Below, piece after piece: positions 27,380 through 42,234 of a DNA stretch of 64,000 nucleotides. The first letter of the stretch is position 1, and each line of letters opens with the position of its first letter. The DNA comes from Eledone cirrhosa. Taxonomy: Eukaryota. The translations under genes were made by a program, and so were the position numbers. The notes under the pieces were generated by a model. The model saw nothing but the letters and a program-made list of their open reading frames with translations, was not told where the DNA came from and did not search any database. The DNA lies in the NCBI GenBank assembly GCA_964016885.1, contig OZ024740.1, forward strand, positions 264,368,001 through 264,432,000. The letters are read 5' to 3'.

Positions 27380-28600
27380 GTCCTTCGAAAACAGCATACC
27401 AATACCTACAAGTTTCCCCCTATGGAGGGCAAACGAGACACAAAATTCATCCAGTTTGACATAGAGAGTTACTATGCATCTATTACCTCACCTCTCCGTA
27501 CGGCCGCCATGGATTTTGCCGAAACACTCACACCCATCACTGAGCAGGAAAGAAATATCATTCTCCACGCCAGGAAGACAGTCCTACTTTTCGACAACTC
27601 TAACTGGATAAAGAGAGCTCCCGACTCCCCCTTCGACGTCAGTATGGGCGCGACGGATTCGGCCGAGGTCACAGATCTTATAGGATTATTCCTACTATTT
27701 AAACTCACCGAAATGTTTCCTGCATTCGGCGGTGGATTGTACCGGGATGATGGGCTCCTCATCCTCAAAGGGTACAACCCCAGTAGTACAGACCGGGTCC
27801 GTAAACAACTACTCAACTTCTTCCGGGACTGGGGATTTAAAATCACCCTACAAACGTCCCTCACCCGAGTCAATTTCCTGGACGTTACCCGTAACCTCGA
27901 AAATGATCTGTACTACCCATACAGGAAACCAAACGACAACCTGCAATACATCCACCGCCGCTCTAACCATCCTACAAACATCACCAATAACCTGGAAATA
28001 TCCTTTTATCCAGCTTCCCTTAGCGGATCCAGCTGGCGACACCGCCGCTGACGCAACGTACCGTGGTTCAATCCTCCCCATAATGCCGAGGTGGCAACAC
28101 GTATCGGGAAAATCTTCTTTAGACTCCTCAAAAAACACTTCCCACTACAACACCGCTACCACAACATAATCAACAAAAACACCATCAAAATTTCCTACAG
28201 CACCACACGTAACTTCGCACAAAACATCGTCTCTTCAAACAACAAAAAATTCAACCCCTATGGAAGAAATAACCTAGACATCAGTGGAGAGCCGACCAGG
28301 AGGTGTAACTGCCCTGATAGATCTACGTGCCCCCTCAACAACAAATGCCGAGAACATAACGTGATCTACCAGTGCAACGTGAGGCCGGACACCTCCAACA
28401 AATCTTATATAGGATTAACCGCGTGTGACTTCAACACCCGGCTCTACCACCACCGACAAACTTCCCGAAACCCGGTCCGGCGACATACCACTAAACTTTC
28501 GGGCCATATCCGGGACCTCCAAGATAATGATATAACCTAAAATCTCACTTAGGGCTTACTGACCAAAGCTAAATCTTACACCGGAGGACTTACCTCGCCT
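27380..28600 (+). pseudogene. Disrupted Naiad-type RT + GIY-YIG ORF
   Basis: ORFs 27251-28051 (first ~40 codons come from the inverted pLTR) and 28091-28540; internal deletion and stops. Confidence 0.88.
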
Positions 28601-29859
28601 CAAACCCCATAACGACCCGGGTGGGTAGACAAGGGCTGATACCCCTACTTGCCGAATAAGTTAGGGGAAACCCCAGCTTACTTAGGTAGCTGTATCTCTT
28701 TCCTTTTCTTTTCATTTTTGTCTTCTTCTTCCCCCTGTCTCATCCTATCAGTTCCTTCCACCCCTTTAATTTTAAGATAGAATTTGTCTAATACGTTATA
28801 CTAACTACTTATAGCACACGTGTTAAACCACTTTAATTCTGCATCAGTTCTGGTACTACAAGTTTTTTCTACAAGTTTTTTCTGTTCTCAACTGATTAAC
28901 CTGTAACTGTAAGATAGCTTGTGATTTTTTTATTCATTTCTCACTATCTAATTTTATATATTGTTTTTATTTCCTTCTATTATCTTTTATTGTCTCCTAC
29001 TCTCATTCGATTTATCTATTCTATAACCTCCCTCTTCCACTTCAACACTATCCTTAGAATCTGTTGTATACATATCAAGTTCAACGCTTGACCGCTCCAC
29101 TCACTCCCTTATTGTTCTACAGGCAAGTTCAGCCACACCTACCTCCCACCAAATGCCATGATAGACTTATTTATGTTTACAACAAATTTTAACCAATCCT
29201 CTTGACAACTACAATCTTCCCACATGAGGAAGTACCCCCTTGAAATCCAGAAATATATTATATGGAGTAGCGAAACAATTGTAAACGGACATTATTATTA
29301 TTAATATTATTATTATTATTATTATACATTCCTTACATCAAACTAAAATATGTTGACAATCTTTTAATAATGTCTTCCTTGTGAAATTTGTGGTCTTGTT
29401 TTGCTTAACTAATGAATATTTCCAACCCTGCGCACCTGGCTTCTGCATGAACCCAGCCACCTAGCTGCTTCCTACTGCATATTTCACATTGAGCACATGC
29501 CTTTACGCTTTGGCTTCTAACTAATTCACCAATCTCTCCTCTCATATCTCCTCTCCTATCTCCATCTCTCTCTTTAAAATTGGTTACTCTTGAACTGTGT
29601 ATATATACATATATATTTGTATATATTTATATATATATATATATGATGTGTGTAACTCTTACAAATTTACAAATGCTATTAACATTATGTTTGAAAAGGG
29701 GCCGTAAACTATTAGGATAGTGCCTAGGCAACGCCGGGTAGATGCCTCGTTTTAAACTAAAGATAACTCTTTGGAGAAGTCAACTTTAGCAATGCTTTGA
29801 AGAAGACAGCCACTATTAATTAAAATACACGCACACAGACACAGAAACCCGCGCAGACG

Positions 29860-30978
<1,119 letters not shown>

Positions 30979-31435
30979 TTTATGTAAACGACTACCGTTA
31001 AACATATAAACCTATGTGTGTACATGGACTTATGTATGTGTCTATAAACACATATAATTGTTTGTGTCGATACGCCGGATGCCGCTTGAAAATTACATAT
31101 AACAGTCTACATTATGAATTGACGCTTCGTTTCCGCTCACACTTCATCGGTATTCTGTCATTGTTCCCTTAATGTAATTCAAATCAATCACACTGTCTTT
31201 GTTTATTTAGATCAGCCTTAAATTAGGCAGGAAAAAAAATAATGACGCATTAGTTGAGATTATGACAATTTTTATAATTGTTGAATATTTTCCAATTAGT
31301 TCAGATATTATCAGAGAAAAAAGTATGCCTAGAACACCATTGTATTATATAGCAGCAGTTATGTTTCACAAAGTTCATTTGCTATCACCATATAACAAAT
31401 GTATTTTGAAAAGTAATGCCCTGTCTACAATTACA

Positions 31436-31436
31436 A

Positions 31437-31483
<47 letters not shown>

Positions 31484-31514
31484 ATAGTAGTAGTAGTAGT
31501 AGTAGTAGTAGTAA

Positions 31515-31551
<37 letters not shown>

Positions 31552-31561
31552 TGTAGTAGTA
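31436..31561. repeat. (TAG)n microsatellite
   Basis: Direct reading. Confidence 0.95.
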
Positions 31562-32329
31562 CCAATGATAAGGAAAAATACTTTCTATGTACCTCAAAAA
31601 CATTAGTTAAAAGTTCTAAACATATTATAAAATATACCTTTAGATGTATATAACAGCAAATAGTTTTTTTACCTTCATTTTCTTGTCATACTGTCGCTTT
31701 ACCACCAAATAATTACTTTAAAACAAATATTTCGTGGTTTTATATTCGAACAAATATTTTCTAGAAGAATACTTCATTCGATCCCAAGCCCCACATTTTA
31801 AACAAAAATCGCTATCAACCAAACATGAAATAACACTATGACTTCAAGACGATTTGAAATGATAATGTATAAAACCGGGAGGATATCACCAAAACATTTC
31901 ATCCAACACACTAACTATTCTGCCATTCTTTATATTCTTAAACGTATGTTTATAATTTCATTCTTTTAGTTCTATGTCGTAAAATATCGATGTCTTATGA
32001 TTCGTAAGTATATTTAAAATATTCAAGCACATTTATCAATTCTTTAAATTGGATTAAGTACCGTATGATATGCTTATGTGGTCCAATAACACGGAAATAT
32101 ATACGAATTTGCAATGAGATTTCCTCTAATTTCGGAAATTAATTGGCAAATATATTCATAACTTCTTGAAGTTATCTTCCCTTCCTTTTCTGTATACGTC
32201 TAAATTCTAGAATCAGTCTCCACCCTGAAGGTGTATATCAGACTGATGCTTATACTGGAGTACATTAATTCTTCCTGGAGAGAACATCACTCCAATGCAG
32301 AGTTAAAGCACCAGCTACGAAAGGTTCTC

Positions 32330-32465
32330 ATTTGCAACTGAATAAGCTGGAGCAATATAAAATGAAATGATTTTCTCAGGAACACAACACACAACCCAAT
32401 TCAGGGATCGAACGAGCGACGCAATGATCGTAAGTCCAACACACGAACCACTAGGCCACGCGCCT
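32330..32465 (-). mobile_element. Second tRNA-derived SINE family, diverged
   Basis: Minus strand ggcgcgTGGCCTAGTGG A-box, GTTCGATCCC B-box, then gttgtgttcctgag..tgctccag. Confidence 0.65.
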
Positions 32466-32802
32466 ACTTGAAGCAGTGGGGTCAAGTACTGAAAATGAAG
32501 CCATATTGTGTTGTGTAGCTTTTGTCCGATATTTAAATCTGATGTATAATTTTTAATGGGTACCCCTGTCTAAACTATTCTAAATTAGAATAACTATTAA
32601 TTGTAAAGTAAGACATAACCCATATAAAGGAAGCTAAGAGAAAACAACACATAATACTGGAACCAATAGATCTAACACCGGAATGTAAATAAAATGTGAA
32701 CTTTTCCTTATTCTGGATTTCTCCACTTAATTTCTCCACTTAATTTCTACTTTGCATGGTACTCATTTCTCCATAATTCTAGTTTGGAAAAAAATGTATG
32801 TA

Positions 32803-32873
<71 letters not shown>

Positions 32874-33011
32874 AGTGTAATTTACTACACAAAACGAAGG
32901 TTATAGAGAAAATTGAGGTTGGTAATGGCACATGGAATATATAAGAGACAGAATACTTTTTTGTGAAAAAACATATAATTTTATAAGGTAAGGAAATAAT
33001 AAAGGGTATAA

Positions 33012-33059
33012 AAAATGACCGGTTTCGATGGGTCTGCAAAAGCCATCTTTTCAAATGTT
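33012..33059 (-). ncRNA. Minimal hammerhead, U3-A8 variant
   Basis: aacau-UUGAAAA-gaugg..ccauc-GAAA-ccg-GUC-auuuu. Confidence 0.65.
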
Positions 33060-33158
33060 GATTAATATTAAGAAAAATTAATAATAAGAATTTTATACTT
33101 GAATTTTCAAATCTCAAATTTTAACTCTTCTTATTATTAATTTTTCTTAATATTAATC

Positions 33159-33206
33159 AACATTTGAAAAGATGGCTTTTGCAGACCCATCGAAACCGGT
33201 CATTTT
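33159..33206 (+). ncRNA. Minimal hammerhead, U3-A8 variant
   Basis: Same motif on the plus strand. Confidence 0.65.
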
Positions 33207-33305
33207 TTATACTCTTTATTATTTCCTTACCTTATAAAATTATATGTTTTTTCACAAAAAAGTATTCTGTCTCTTATATATTCCATGTGCCATTACCAAC
33301 CTCAA

Positions 33306-33437
<132 letters not shown>

Positions 33438-33979
33438 ATACTTGGCGAGGATCATATTTGCCAGAATTAATAACAGAACACACTCACTGTTGGTTGGTTT
33501 TCGCTTTTCGCTTCTGTGTCTTTTATATCGGTAATCTAATTTATTCGGTCCCCAATGTTACCATTGACTGACCGACGGTCAAAAATAATACAGATACAAT
33601 ATAGACACAAACACATATATATAGTTTATCAAAGTTATTTCGTTGCACATCTGCAACATCGTCAGTGGTGCTATTGTTTTCTCCCGTTACATTGTATGTC
33701 TACGCCATTTTTATTTAGTCTGTCTATATATTTATTTATTTATTTGTTTGTTTGTTTATTTTATTTTGTCTTCTTTGCGCATGCGTTTGCGTGTGTGTAT
33801 AGTGTTTTGTATGATGTGTGTTCGTGATTGGGTGACTGTGTATCGGTTAATGTATTCCATCTTTACTAGTGTGTGTTTATATGTGTTTGCTGTTATTGTG
33901 CTTGTGTATGTATTTATTTATTTATCAATTTATCGACGCACGATTTCATATAACAACCTCGCAAAACTAATTCATCGCC

Positions 33980-34052
<73 letters not shown>

Positions 34053-34270
34053 TACATACATTTATATATATATATCAAAACGGTTTGTTTTCCATTTCAG
34101 GTAGACGCGCTCCATCATCCACTTTTCTAAAAAATAAATCAGACACGATACGCCAGCACCAATAGTTTTGCAAGAGTTATCAACATGAATGGACCTGTAA
34201 TTTTTATTTAAAGACAATTTTTCCCATTCCATCCTGCCCATCCCCTCAATCGATCTTATTTCTCATTCTT

Positions 34271-34306
34271 TCTACTGATGAAGGACTAGCGTCCGAAACG
34301 TTAAGA
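34271..34306 (+). ncRNA. Minimal type I hammerhead
   Basis: ucua-CUGAUGA-aggac uagc gucc-GAAA-c-GUU-aaga. Confidence 0.7.
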
Positions 34307-34391
34307 CCCTCTTCCCGCTATATCAAGCGTTAACCTAATATATACCTTCCATATGCTGTACCGATTGTGTTATTATTTCTGTTTACCTTTT

Positions 34392-34501
<110 letters not shown>

Positions 34502-34542
34502 TTATAAATATTAATAAAATAGATGTTCTTTTGATCAATTAC

Positions 34543-34595
34543 ATTTTATTAAACATATTTCGGATGTACAAATGTACGTGCTCATCAGACAAAAT
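34543..34595 (-). ncRNA. Type I hammerhead ribozyme (3' pLTR)
   Basis: auuuugu-CUGAUGA-gcacguaca uu uguacaucc-GAAA-uauguuua-auaaaau. Confidence 0.7.
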
Positions 34596-35061
34596 ATAAT
34601 GATACATGACATACACTGAGATGTTAAATGGTTAAGATTTAATCAAGGTAGTGATTAACCTAAGAGAAAATTTAACATTTATACTCTAATAATGAGAAAA
34701 TGCGAAAACGTAATAAATTCAATGGGGAATGTGTGAGTAAGAAAAACGTTGCTTAATGCACCAGTTATCGAGATTTTAATAAGTATGATACTACAATTCA
34801 TCTAGGAAAGCATTTCATGAATCATAAGATGAGGGGGGTAATGTATGCAGAAGGAGAATTTTTCCGAAAGTTAAACGGTTAAGTTTGAAAATATTTAATT
34901 TATGTTATCTTAGGGTGAAGAATCAATATTTTAGGTTGTTTTTTTTTAAATTAGTGGTTATTTATATATTAGTTTTGTAAATTTTATAAGTGTGTTAACA
35001 TTTCTAAGCTTCTGAATTTTTTGATAAGATTTAAAGGTTTAGCTGGCCATTATTAAGGAAA

Positions 35062-35243
35062 AGGGCGGTGAATTGGCAGTATCGTTAGAGGGTCGGACAT
35101 GCTTTCCAGCATAGTTACGTCCCTTTACGATCTGAGTTCATATCTCATCGAGGTTAACTTTGCCTATCATCCTTACTAGGACGATAAAATATAGTACCAG
35201 TAATGTACTGATAATTGCTGGCCTTGTGCCTAAAATAGAAACA
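35062..35243 (+). mobile_element. tRNA-derived SINE inserted in the PLE 3' region
   Basis: 13-bp TSD attattaaggaaa at 35049-35061 and 35244-35256. Confidence 0.85.
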
Positions 35244-36134
35244 ATTATTAAGGAAAGTTTACATTGTTGAATATTTTCCTAGTCATTGTAAACGTATTAG
35301 GTATGTAAAGCTTTTGAAGTACTTATTGTTAGAAAAGTTTAAATAACGGTTATGTATATAGATATATATTAATTAATGAGCCAGTATATTTTAGGTAAAT
35401 GATAATGAAAATAAAATTACAATAAAATAATAGATTGAGGCATGTTAAAACTAAATATATACCCATATATAACCGTGTGTACATGTATTAATTATTCCTA
35501 GCTCAAAGTAAAAACAATCAAAATATAAAAATTATGTATAGAAAGACACTGGGATTTATATATGCATATATCGTATATTAGGTATTTGTGATACAGTATA
35601 CTTTAGGTAAATGATAACGGTTATAATTTTATATAATAAAGTTCTACGTGTTAAAATTAAATACATATATATATATAAGAAAAACAATAATAAATGCATG
35701 GATAATTCATAGTTCAAAATAATGTTTATAATAATTTGTAATTTGGATATTTGCTCTATATTTGAATCATGGATATAAGAATGCGGTAGGTATAGTTAAA
35801 AACATAGAAAATATAATTACATATATATTATAAATAAGAGATCAGAAACGCATGAAAAATTCAGAGTTATAAATAATTTCAGTAAAGATGTAAAGGTTGG
35901 ATATAAAACTCAGATTTAAAACTTAAGTAGGAAGATAAGGATAGAGAAATAAAGAATAATGTTATGTGTATCAATGTTCCGGCATGTTATTGAACAAGTG
36001 TCTTTCATTCGAGCGTTATTTCTTTTATAGATAGTTATAAGATAGTGCAATATTAAAGGCCACTAAAGTTTTTCCCTGTTGATTTTATACGTCTGACAAC
36101 CAGGTTTTTAATGTTTTAATGTTTCTCTCTCTTT

Positions 36135-37530
36135 TTATCTCGTTTTGAGGGAGGCTAAGCATGTGGACGTAGCTTTGTGGAGGCAACTAGAAAATAATTC
36201 ACTTTTTTTGTTAATTAGGGTCTCGTAGTTATTAATAATCAACAGGGTCTCCATTGTACAGAGTGCGAAGTTATTTGATATACTAGAGTTGTGGCAAACT
36301 CCACAGTTCCGAAGTTTTGTCCAAAGAATGGAGTATTTTAGATTCCTCACTTTTAATGACCATATGAGCTGTGATAAAGAAGTGGATGATTTCCTCTTTG
36401 AGTTCGAGAATGAGCATTTATGGTTCGCAAATCTGACTTTAAATGTAGAAGAAGTCGATCCTATGTAGTTGTATGTATTGTGATCAATTTTTACGGTGCA
36501 TTTATGAAACAAATTACTATCTAAACAATTATTTTGCAAAGAACAATCAGTTTTATTTCTACAATTACATTTAGGTTTAGTATCATTTATGTTAACTCTA
36601 TTAATATCATTATGCTGGTTTTGTTTTAGGATTTTAGTGTTTAATTTGGTGATGTAGAATACAAGAATTTAATGGTATGTCTGTTAAAAATGGAATGGTA
36701 TTTATGTTGAGTAGGGAAAGAGGTGTCAAGAGCTTTAAAGAATAATTTTGCGATTGGTGTTTTAACTGCGACAGAAGCAAGGGGGGGGGGCAAACAATGT
36801 GACTGGTTTAGTTCTACTTCTTATCCTCGATTTATTTAGCGTATGGGTGTTTGCATTATAATTAATAGACATTCTCTTATATATGTTAGTTTTATTAAGA
36901 TTAATACTTGGATTATTATTATCTACATATTCTATGTTATTCGTATATCCTGCTCTTTTTAACCCGTTGTTGTAGTATTCAGCGTTTTCATCAAATATAT
37001 GTTTATTGGCTGATATTTTATTAATTCCTTTTTGCACACTATATACTATAGGTTTTTTTACAGATTTAGGTTGATTGGAATGATTACTAACATAGTTTAA
37101 GTTTTCATTAGTCTTATGAAAAGGTTAATAGAAGCCAGTGTTTAAGTTAAAGGTAACGTCTAGGAAATTAACTATTTTGGTACCATTTTCTACATCTAAT
37201 TTAAGGTTGTACATTTTAGAGAATTCTATTATACTTTTCTTTACTCTATTTAGTTCTATATTGTTGTGTTTGACCACCGTAAATAAAATGTCGTCCCTAT
37301 ATAAACCTCCGGTAATCACCGGCAGTTTTCTACTTATCCTATTTAATATGAAAATTCCCAGAAGATCTGTGATTTGCGCGGAATCTGATGTCCCCATAGT
37401 GATATCAAAGTTTTTATCTCTATCTGAGTGGGTCCAATATTCGTTGTTGAAGTTAATACGAGTTCTTCTGGCTGTTAGTATTATATCTATTTCATCCGTG
37501 GTTATATCAGTATGTTTATAAGCATATGAA
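36135..37530 (-). pseudogene. Disrupted Naiad-type RT + GIY-YIG ORF
   Basis: ORFs 37125-37667 (PLE part from about 37530), 36762-37037 and 36135-36539. Confidence 0.87.
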
Positions 37531-37920
37531 TAAATAATCACCAATTTCCTTTTAAAAAATTTAAAATATTGATTCTTCACCCTAAGATAACATAAATTAA
37601 ATATTTTGAAACTTAACCGTTTAACTTTCGGAAAAAAATCTCCTTCTGCATACATTACCCCACTCATCTTTCCTCCTCTCTCTCACTGACTGTATTCATG
37701 AAATGCTTCCCTAGATAAATTGTAGTATCATACATATTAAAATCTCGATAACTGGTACATTAAGCAACGTTTTTCTTACTCACACATTCTCTATTGAATT
37801 TATTAGGTTTTCCCATTTTCTCATTATTAGAGTATCAATGTTAAATTTTCTCTTAGGTTAATCACTACCTTGATTAAATCTTAACCATTTAACATCTCAG
37901 TGTATGTCATGTATCATTAT

Positions 37921-37973
37921 ATTTTGTCTGATGAGCACGTACATTTGTACATCCGAAATATGTATAATAAAAT
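37921..37973 (+). ncRNA. Type I hammerhead ribozyme (inverted pLTR)
   Basis: auuuugu-CUGAUGA-stemII-GAAA-uaugu-AUA-auaaaau. Confidence 0.75.
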
Positions 37974-38116
37974 GTAATTGATCAAAAGAACATCTATCTT
38001 GTTAATATTTATATTCTAATATTAATAACTCCGTAAAATGATTTTACGTAGAGTGCTTCCAATCTACTGTAAAACTCATTCTTTGATATACTCATTGAAT
38101 TTTGTTTAACTCTTCA

Positions 38117-38270
<154 letters not shown>

Positions 38271-41264
38271 CGTGGATAATCTAAAGGCATTGTATAAACA
38301 TTGTGGAAAGCTATTTGCAGTAGTGCTGAACCTGCATGTATATGGGTGCGAAGTGAACCATCTCTGAATATGCTTATAATAATATGTTGTTGTTTTTAAC
38401 TACAATTAATACTCAGCCGGCATGTTTTATTTCTTAAATAAATATATTAGTATATGATTTGTTTGTATACCATTAGAATCTAATTTCAGTTGAGATCGAC
38501 CATCTTAACAGGCAACTTCTTGTTGCTTTAAGTACATATAACGGCGCCTTATAATTCAACAACTTCGTTTAAGATTTAGGTTTGCTCCTTTAGCTTACAC
38601 TTCCCTTATGCCAAGTCTGGTCCATATATATGTGACCAAATGCATTCCTGTTATGTTAATCCCAACATTTGTTTAAAACAGTTCATTTTAGCCAACATTT
38701 TTCAAAGTGTCTTTCTCTTTACAACGCCAGAATGATATTTGCAAGGACACTTTGGCTGTTGTTTCAGCAGGTTGTCGCTCCATAGATATGGCCTTGCTAC
38801 TTGGGTGTTGTTATTGGCGGCGTTGCCTATTATAAAGTTTAGTAGATTTTTTATATATATATTTGTCAGCAATCGTTTCGATTTTTACGGAAATTTTAAT
38901 TCATAAGTTTTTCTTTTTTCTTTTGCTTAGAATTCAGGATTGTAACATATAGGATCATTTTCTTGATGATATTTATTGAAAAATACATTAGAAAAATAAA
39001 CCTGAATGTAAAGGTTTTGTTATTTCTATTTTCAGGAAATCGGCACTGATAAATATTGTAACTTATATAATTCCTTTGTTTATATATAAAATGTTTGTTA
39101 CTGCATGTTATCGCATTGTCAAGTGCAGAAAAAGGTTTACCCTAAATACAAAACATCATATTTCTAGAAGCTTTCCAGCCTCATGTAAGGAATTGTTAAT
39201 TAAAAAAAAACAATATATGAATCCTGTTATCATCAGTGTATTTCTAAAATAATAGGCAATTTCTACCACTTTTGCTTCAGGAAGTTTTCTTTATGAGTGA
39301 AGAAATATTACTATAAACGTTGATAACATTTTTATAAACTTGCAATCTCCGTATACTAAGCGAATGTTCTACTTCACAGAAAAATTTATTTCGTATCTAT
39401 TTTGAAATAATTTCACATTGTACATAGAATGAAAATCTGTGCTAATTGCTTGTTTAAAAGAATATATTTCATCAGTTGAAAATTCTATTTACAATTGAGA
39501 TCGACATTTATATATGCTTAGTTGCAGAGAAAAACTTTAAATTGGCTCCAAACTATCATTAAAGGAAATATTTATATCCATCGATATTCGCCTCCCAATT
39601 AATTCAACATAGGTAACGATATGAACAAGTAAATGAGGTTCGATGCATCCTCTATTAATATGTTAGATAATCAGAAGTTGTACTTAATCTAATATAACAT
39701 TAATCTTGAAGAATGACAACGAATAAAATTTGTTTGGCCGGAAATAGACAATAATATTTTCTGCTGTTAGTTATCTAACCCAAACACAACACAGAATTAA
39801 TACATCAGCATAAAAAATATTTAGCAGCCTTACAAGTGTAAGGTAGTCTACAATATTTCACAGATCCCAAGAACGTCCTTCAACATTCTTATATTACAAC
39901 AGTCGGCAAGCAAATAAAACTATTTTCCAAATCTGCCATGAAAAATTGCACACCAAAAACAAGAATTACAAGACATAAATACATTTAAAACCGGATCGAT
40001 AGCTGTCCGTCTGAGGTAGGAGCCCCACGTGGTAGATTGGCTGTTGCAGTGTGTGTTGTTGGCCATTGACCGCGGAGATGCATTTGCCATTTTGTGCGTG
40101 GTGTGCGGCCGAAGCACCGCTCTCACTGGGCTGTGAGTCGGTCAACTTCTCCTCTTCTCCCTTTCTTCCTTTGTCTAGTAGACCTTTCTCTTACCCTCCT
40201 TTTCTTTTTGTTTATGGCATTTATAATCCTTTTCAATACTGCTTTATTTTTCTGTACGTTTAATCAGTTTGTAGCTATATCAACAATATATTTAAATTTC
40301 ATTAACAAATATACTGATATATTGCTTGATATTACCCTGAAGAATATACAGATTTAAGAAACACACTTCCAATCTAAACCACACCATTACTTCAGTTAGA
40401 TACGACATGAAGTTTCAGAGACATACAAATAGTGAAAATGTTCAAGCCCTTTAAAAATTGCAAACATCCAACCTAAAACGTGAAATGATCCAATATTAAT
40501 ATGACATTAACTTTCATGCAACAAACATGTTCAATATTTGCAAAAGAGTAAAACATGCACCCTCACTTTCTTCTCTTAGAATCACGACACAAACAGAAGT
40601 CTGGTTTCATAACTCCAGCCTTGATATATCATAAGCCAAACCAACTTCACAAAAGCACCCAACCAAGGCACCCAAAATGCTAAACAAACAACTCACCCAG
40701 AAGACACACCTCTTAGAATTACAACGCATACACAACACATACAATGTTTCAGACACCATATTGTGCTTACAGAAATAAATAAGACAATTTGTTTCACTTA
40801 CCTCTAATTCACACTGCTGTAAACATGAGTTTTGATTTTAATTTGAAGGGTCAACGTTGTCATACACTGTGACAAACTGAAGCATCCTCATAATTACGCA
40901 AATGTTGTACGTGTCGGGAATGCTCAGTGACTTGCATGTTAATTTCATGAGTAGGCTTTCTCCGTTGGTCACCTCCTGTCACGGGAACCATGTGTCGACC
41001 AACACGTTCTGTGAACCTCTTTTCTCAGGTTTCTACGAATGTATACCCATATTCACTAAATATAGAGTGCAATGGAATTCTATTACACGAGGAAACGGCC
41101 CCATTCTCCGGTTTTTGCCGATTGACAATAGCTCTGTACTTAAGAATATTCCCCAAAACTCCATTCTTGTCACTCACATAATATTCTTTATATATATATA
41201 TGTCCCAAGGCCTTAATACCATCAACACTATAAACACAGAGCTGGCATATATAAGAACTGACTA

Positions 41265-41320
41265 ACTGCCTGATGAGGTCATAGCAATTCAATGGCTATC
41301 ATCGAAATATATATAGCAGT
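41265..41320 (+). ncRNA. Type I hammerhead ribozyme
   Basis: acugc-CUGAUGA-ggucauagc..gcuaucauc-GAAA-uauauaua-gcagu. Confidence 0.8.
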
Positions 41321-41518
41321 AAATAAAGGATTATGAGTTCATGCAATTGACTTATGTTTCGTCACTATATATATATATATATTAGAAAGTGTAGTTTTTT
41401 TACAAAATGAAAAATAACCGAGGTGTCCTACACGAGTGAAAGTATAAAGAACAATAGTTGAAATCGAAAATGTAACTGGAATCTTATTTTTTAAAATATA
41501 TATATATTTATTCGGTTC

Positions 41519-41554
41519 CTTTACCGGTTTCGCAGTTCTTCTGCTTTTCAAAAG
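41519..41554 (-). ncRNA. Minimal hammerhead, U3-A8 variant
   Basis: cuu-UUGAAAA-gcag aagaa cugc-GAAA-ccg-GUA-aag. Confidence 0.68.
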
Positions 41555-41622
41555 TAGATTGAGATGGAGGGTTTGTGGTTTTTCTCACATCTCAAAACCA
41601 CAGACCTTCCATCTCAACTCTA

Positions 41623-41658
41623 CTTTTGAAAAGCAGAAGAACTGCGAAACCGGTAAAG
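41623..41658 (+). ncRNA. Minimal hammerhead, U3-A8 variant
   Basis: Same motif on the plus strand. Confidence 0.68.
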
Positions 41659-41840
41659 GAACCAAATAAATGTATATATTTAAAAAAAAATAAGACTCCA
41701 GTTGCATTTTCGATTTCATCTTTTTTTCTTTATATATATATATATATATATAGATAGATAGGTATATATATATATATATATACATAAAGAATATTTGAAT
41801 GTGGCAAAGCCGGCCATTTATCGATTGTATACAGGAAACT

Positions 41841-41948
41841 GACTGGCCAGTCTGCCGATATGCAGATCTGGCTGATCAGTGGATCTGCTAATATGCAGAT
41901 CTGACTGATCAGCCAGTCTGCTAATATGCAAATCAGGCCGATCAGTCA
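41841..41948. repeat. 33-bp minisatellite, about 3.3 units
   Basis: Consensus gactgatcagccagtctgctaatatgcagatct. Confidence 0.75.
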
Positions 41949-42234
41949 TTGTATATTTTAGAAAATAGCATATATTTTCACTAGCTCTGACAGTTGTCAG
42001 GTGATCAGTGAGTTGTACTGATGAAGGGTGATATCCAGAAATATTAGTGTCTGCTGTTCTGTTTACATGCCAACACAAGAGCAAGAATAAAGAGTTCATT
42101 CTACTGACATGGCTATAAAAATGAGGCTTGTTTGCATAATTGCAAACGAATCGAATGTTATTATTAATATTCGAAACACTCAGATTAAATTTATTATATA
42201 TATATATATACACATATATATATATATATATATA

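Larger units (their letters stand above)
26669..29245 (+). mobile_element. Penelope-like element, Naiad-type, 5'-truncated with inverted pLTR at the 5' end
   Basis: FIQFDIESYY, FDVSMGATDSAEV, GLYRDDGL, CNC..CPL..KC, VIY..YIG; 26755-27345 is the reverse complement of 28668-29245. Confidence 0.9.
41381..41732. repeat. Solo fold-back copy of the pLTR of the 7752-10863 Neptune family
   Basis: 41381-41592 matches 7752-7965; 41593-41732 is its inverted copy; (TA)n flanks. Confidence 0.88.

Noticed and set aside
23071-28169. Antisense and alternate-frame ORFs over PLE coding regions
   Set aside because: Shadow ORFs of the RT frames
39900-40900. Possible old LINE 3' fragments
   Set aside because: No clear motif recoverable by eye
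42010-42050. CTGATGAagggtgatatccaGAAAtatta
   Set aside because: Stem I does not pair; at best degenerate
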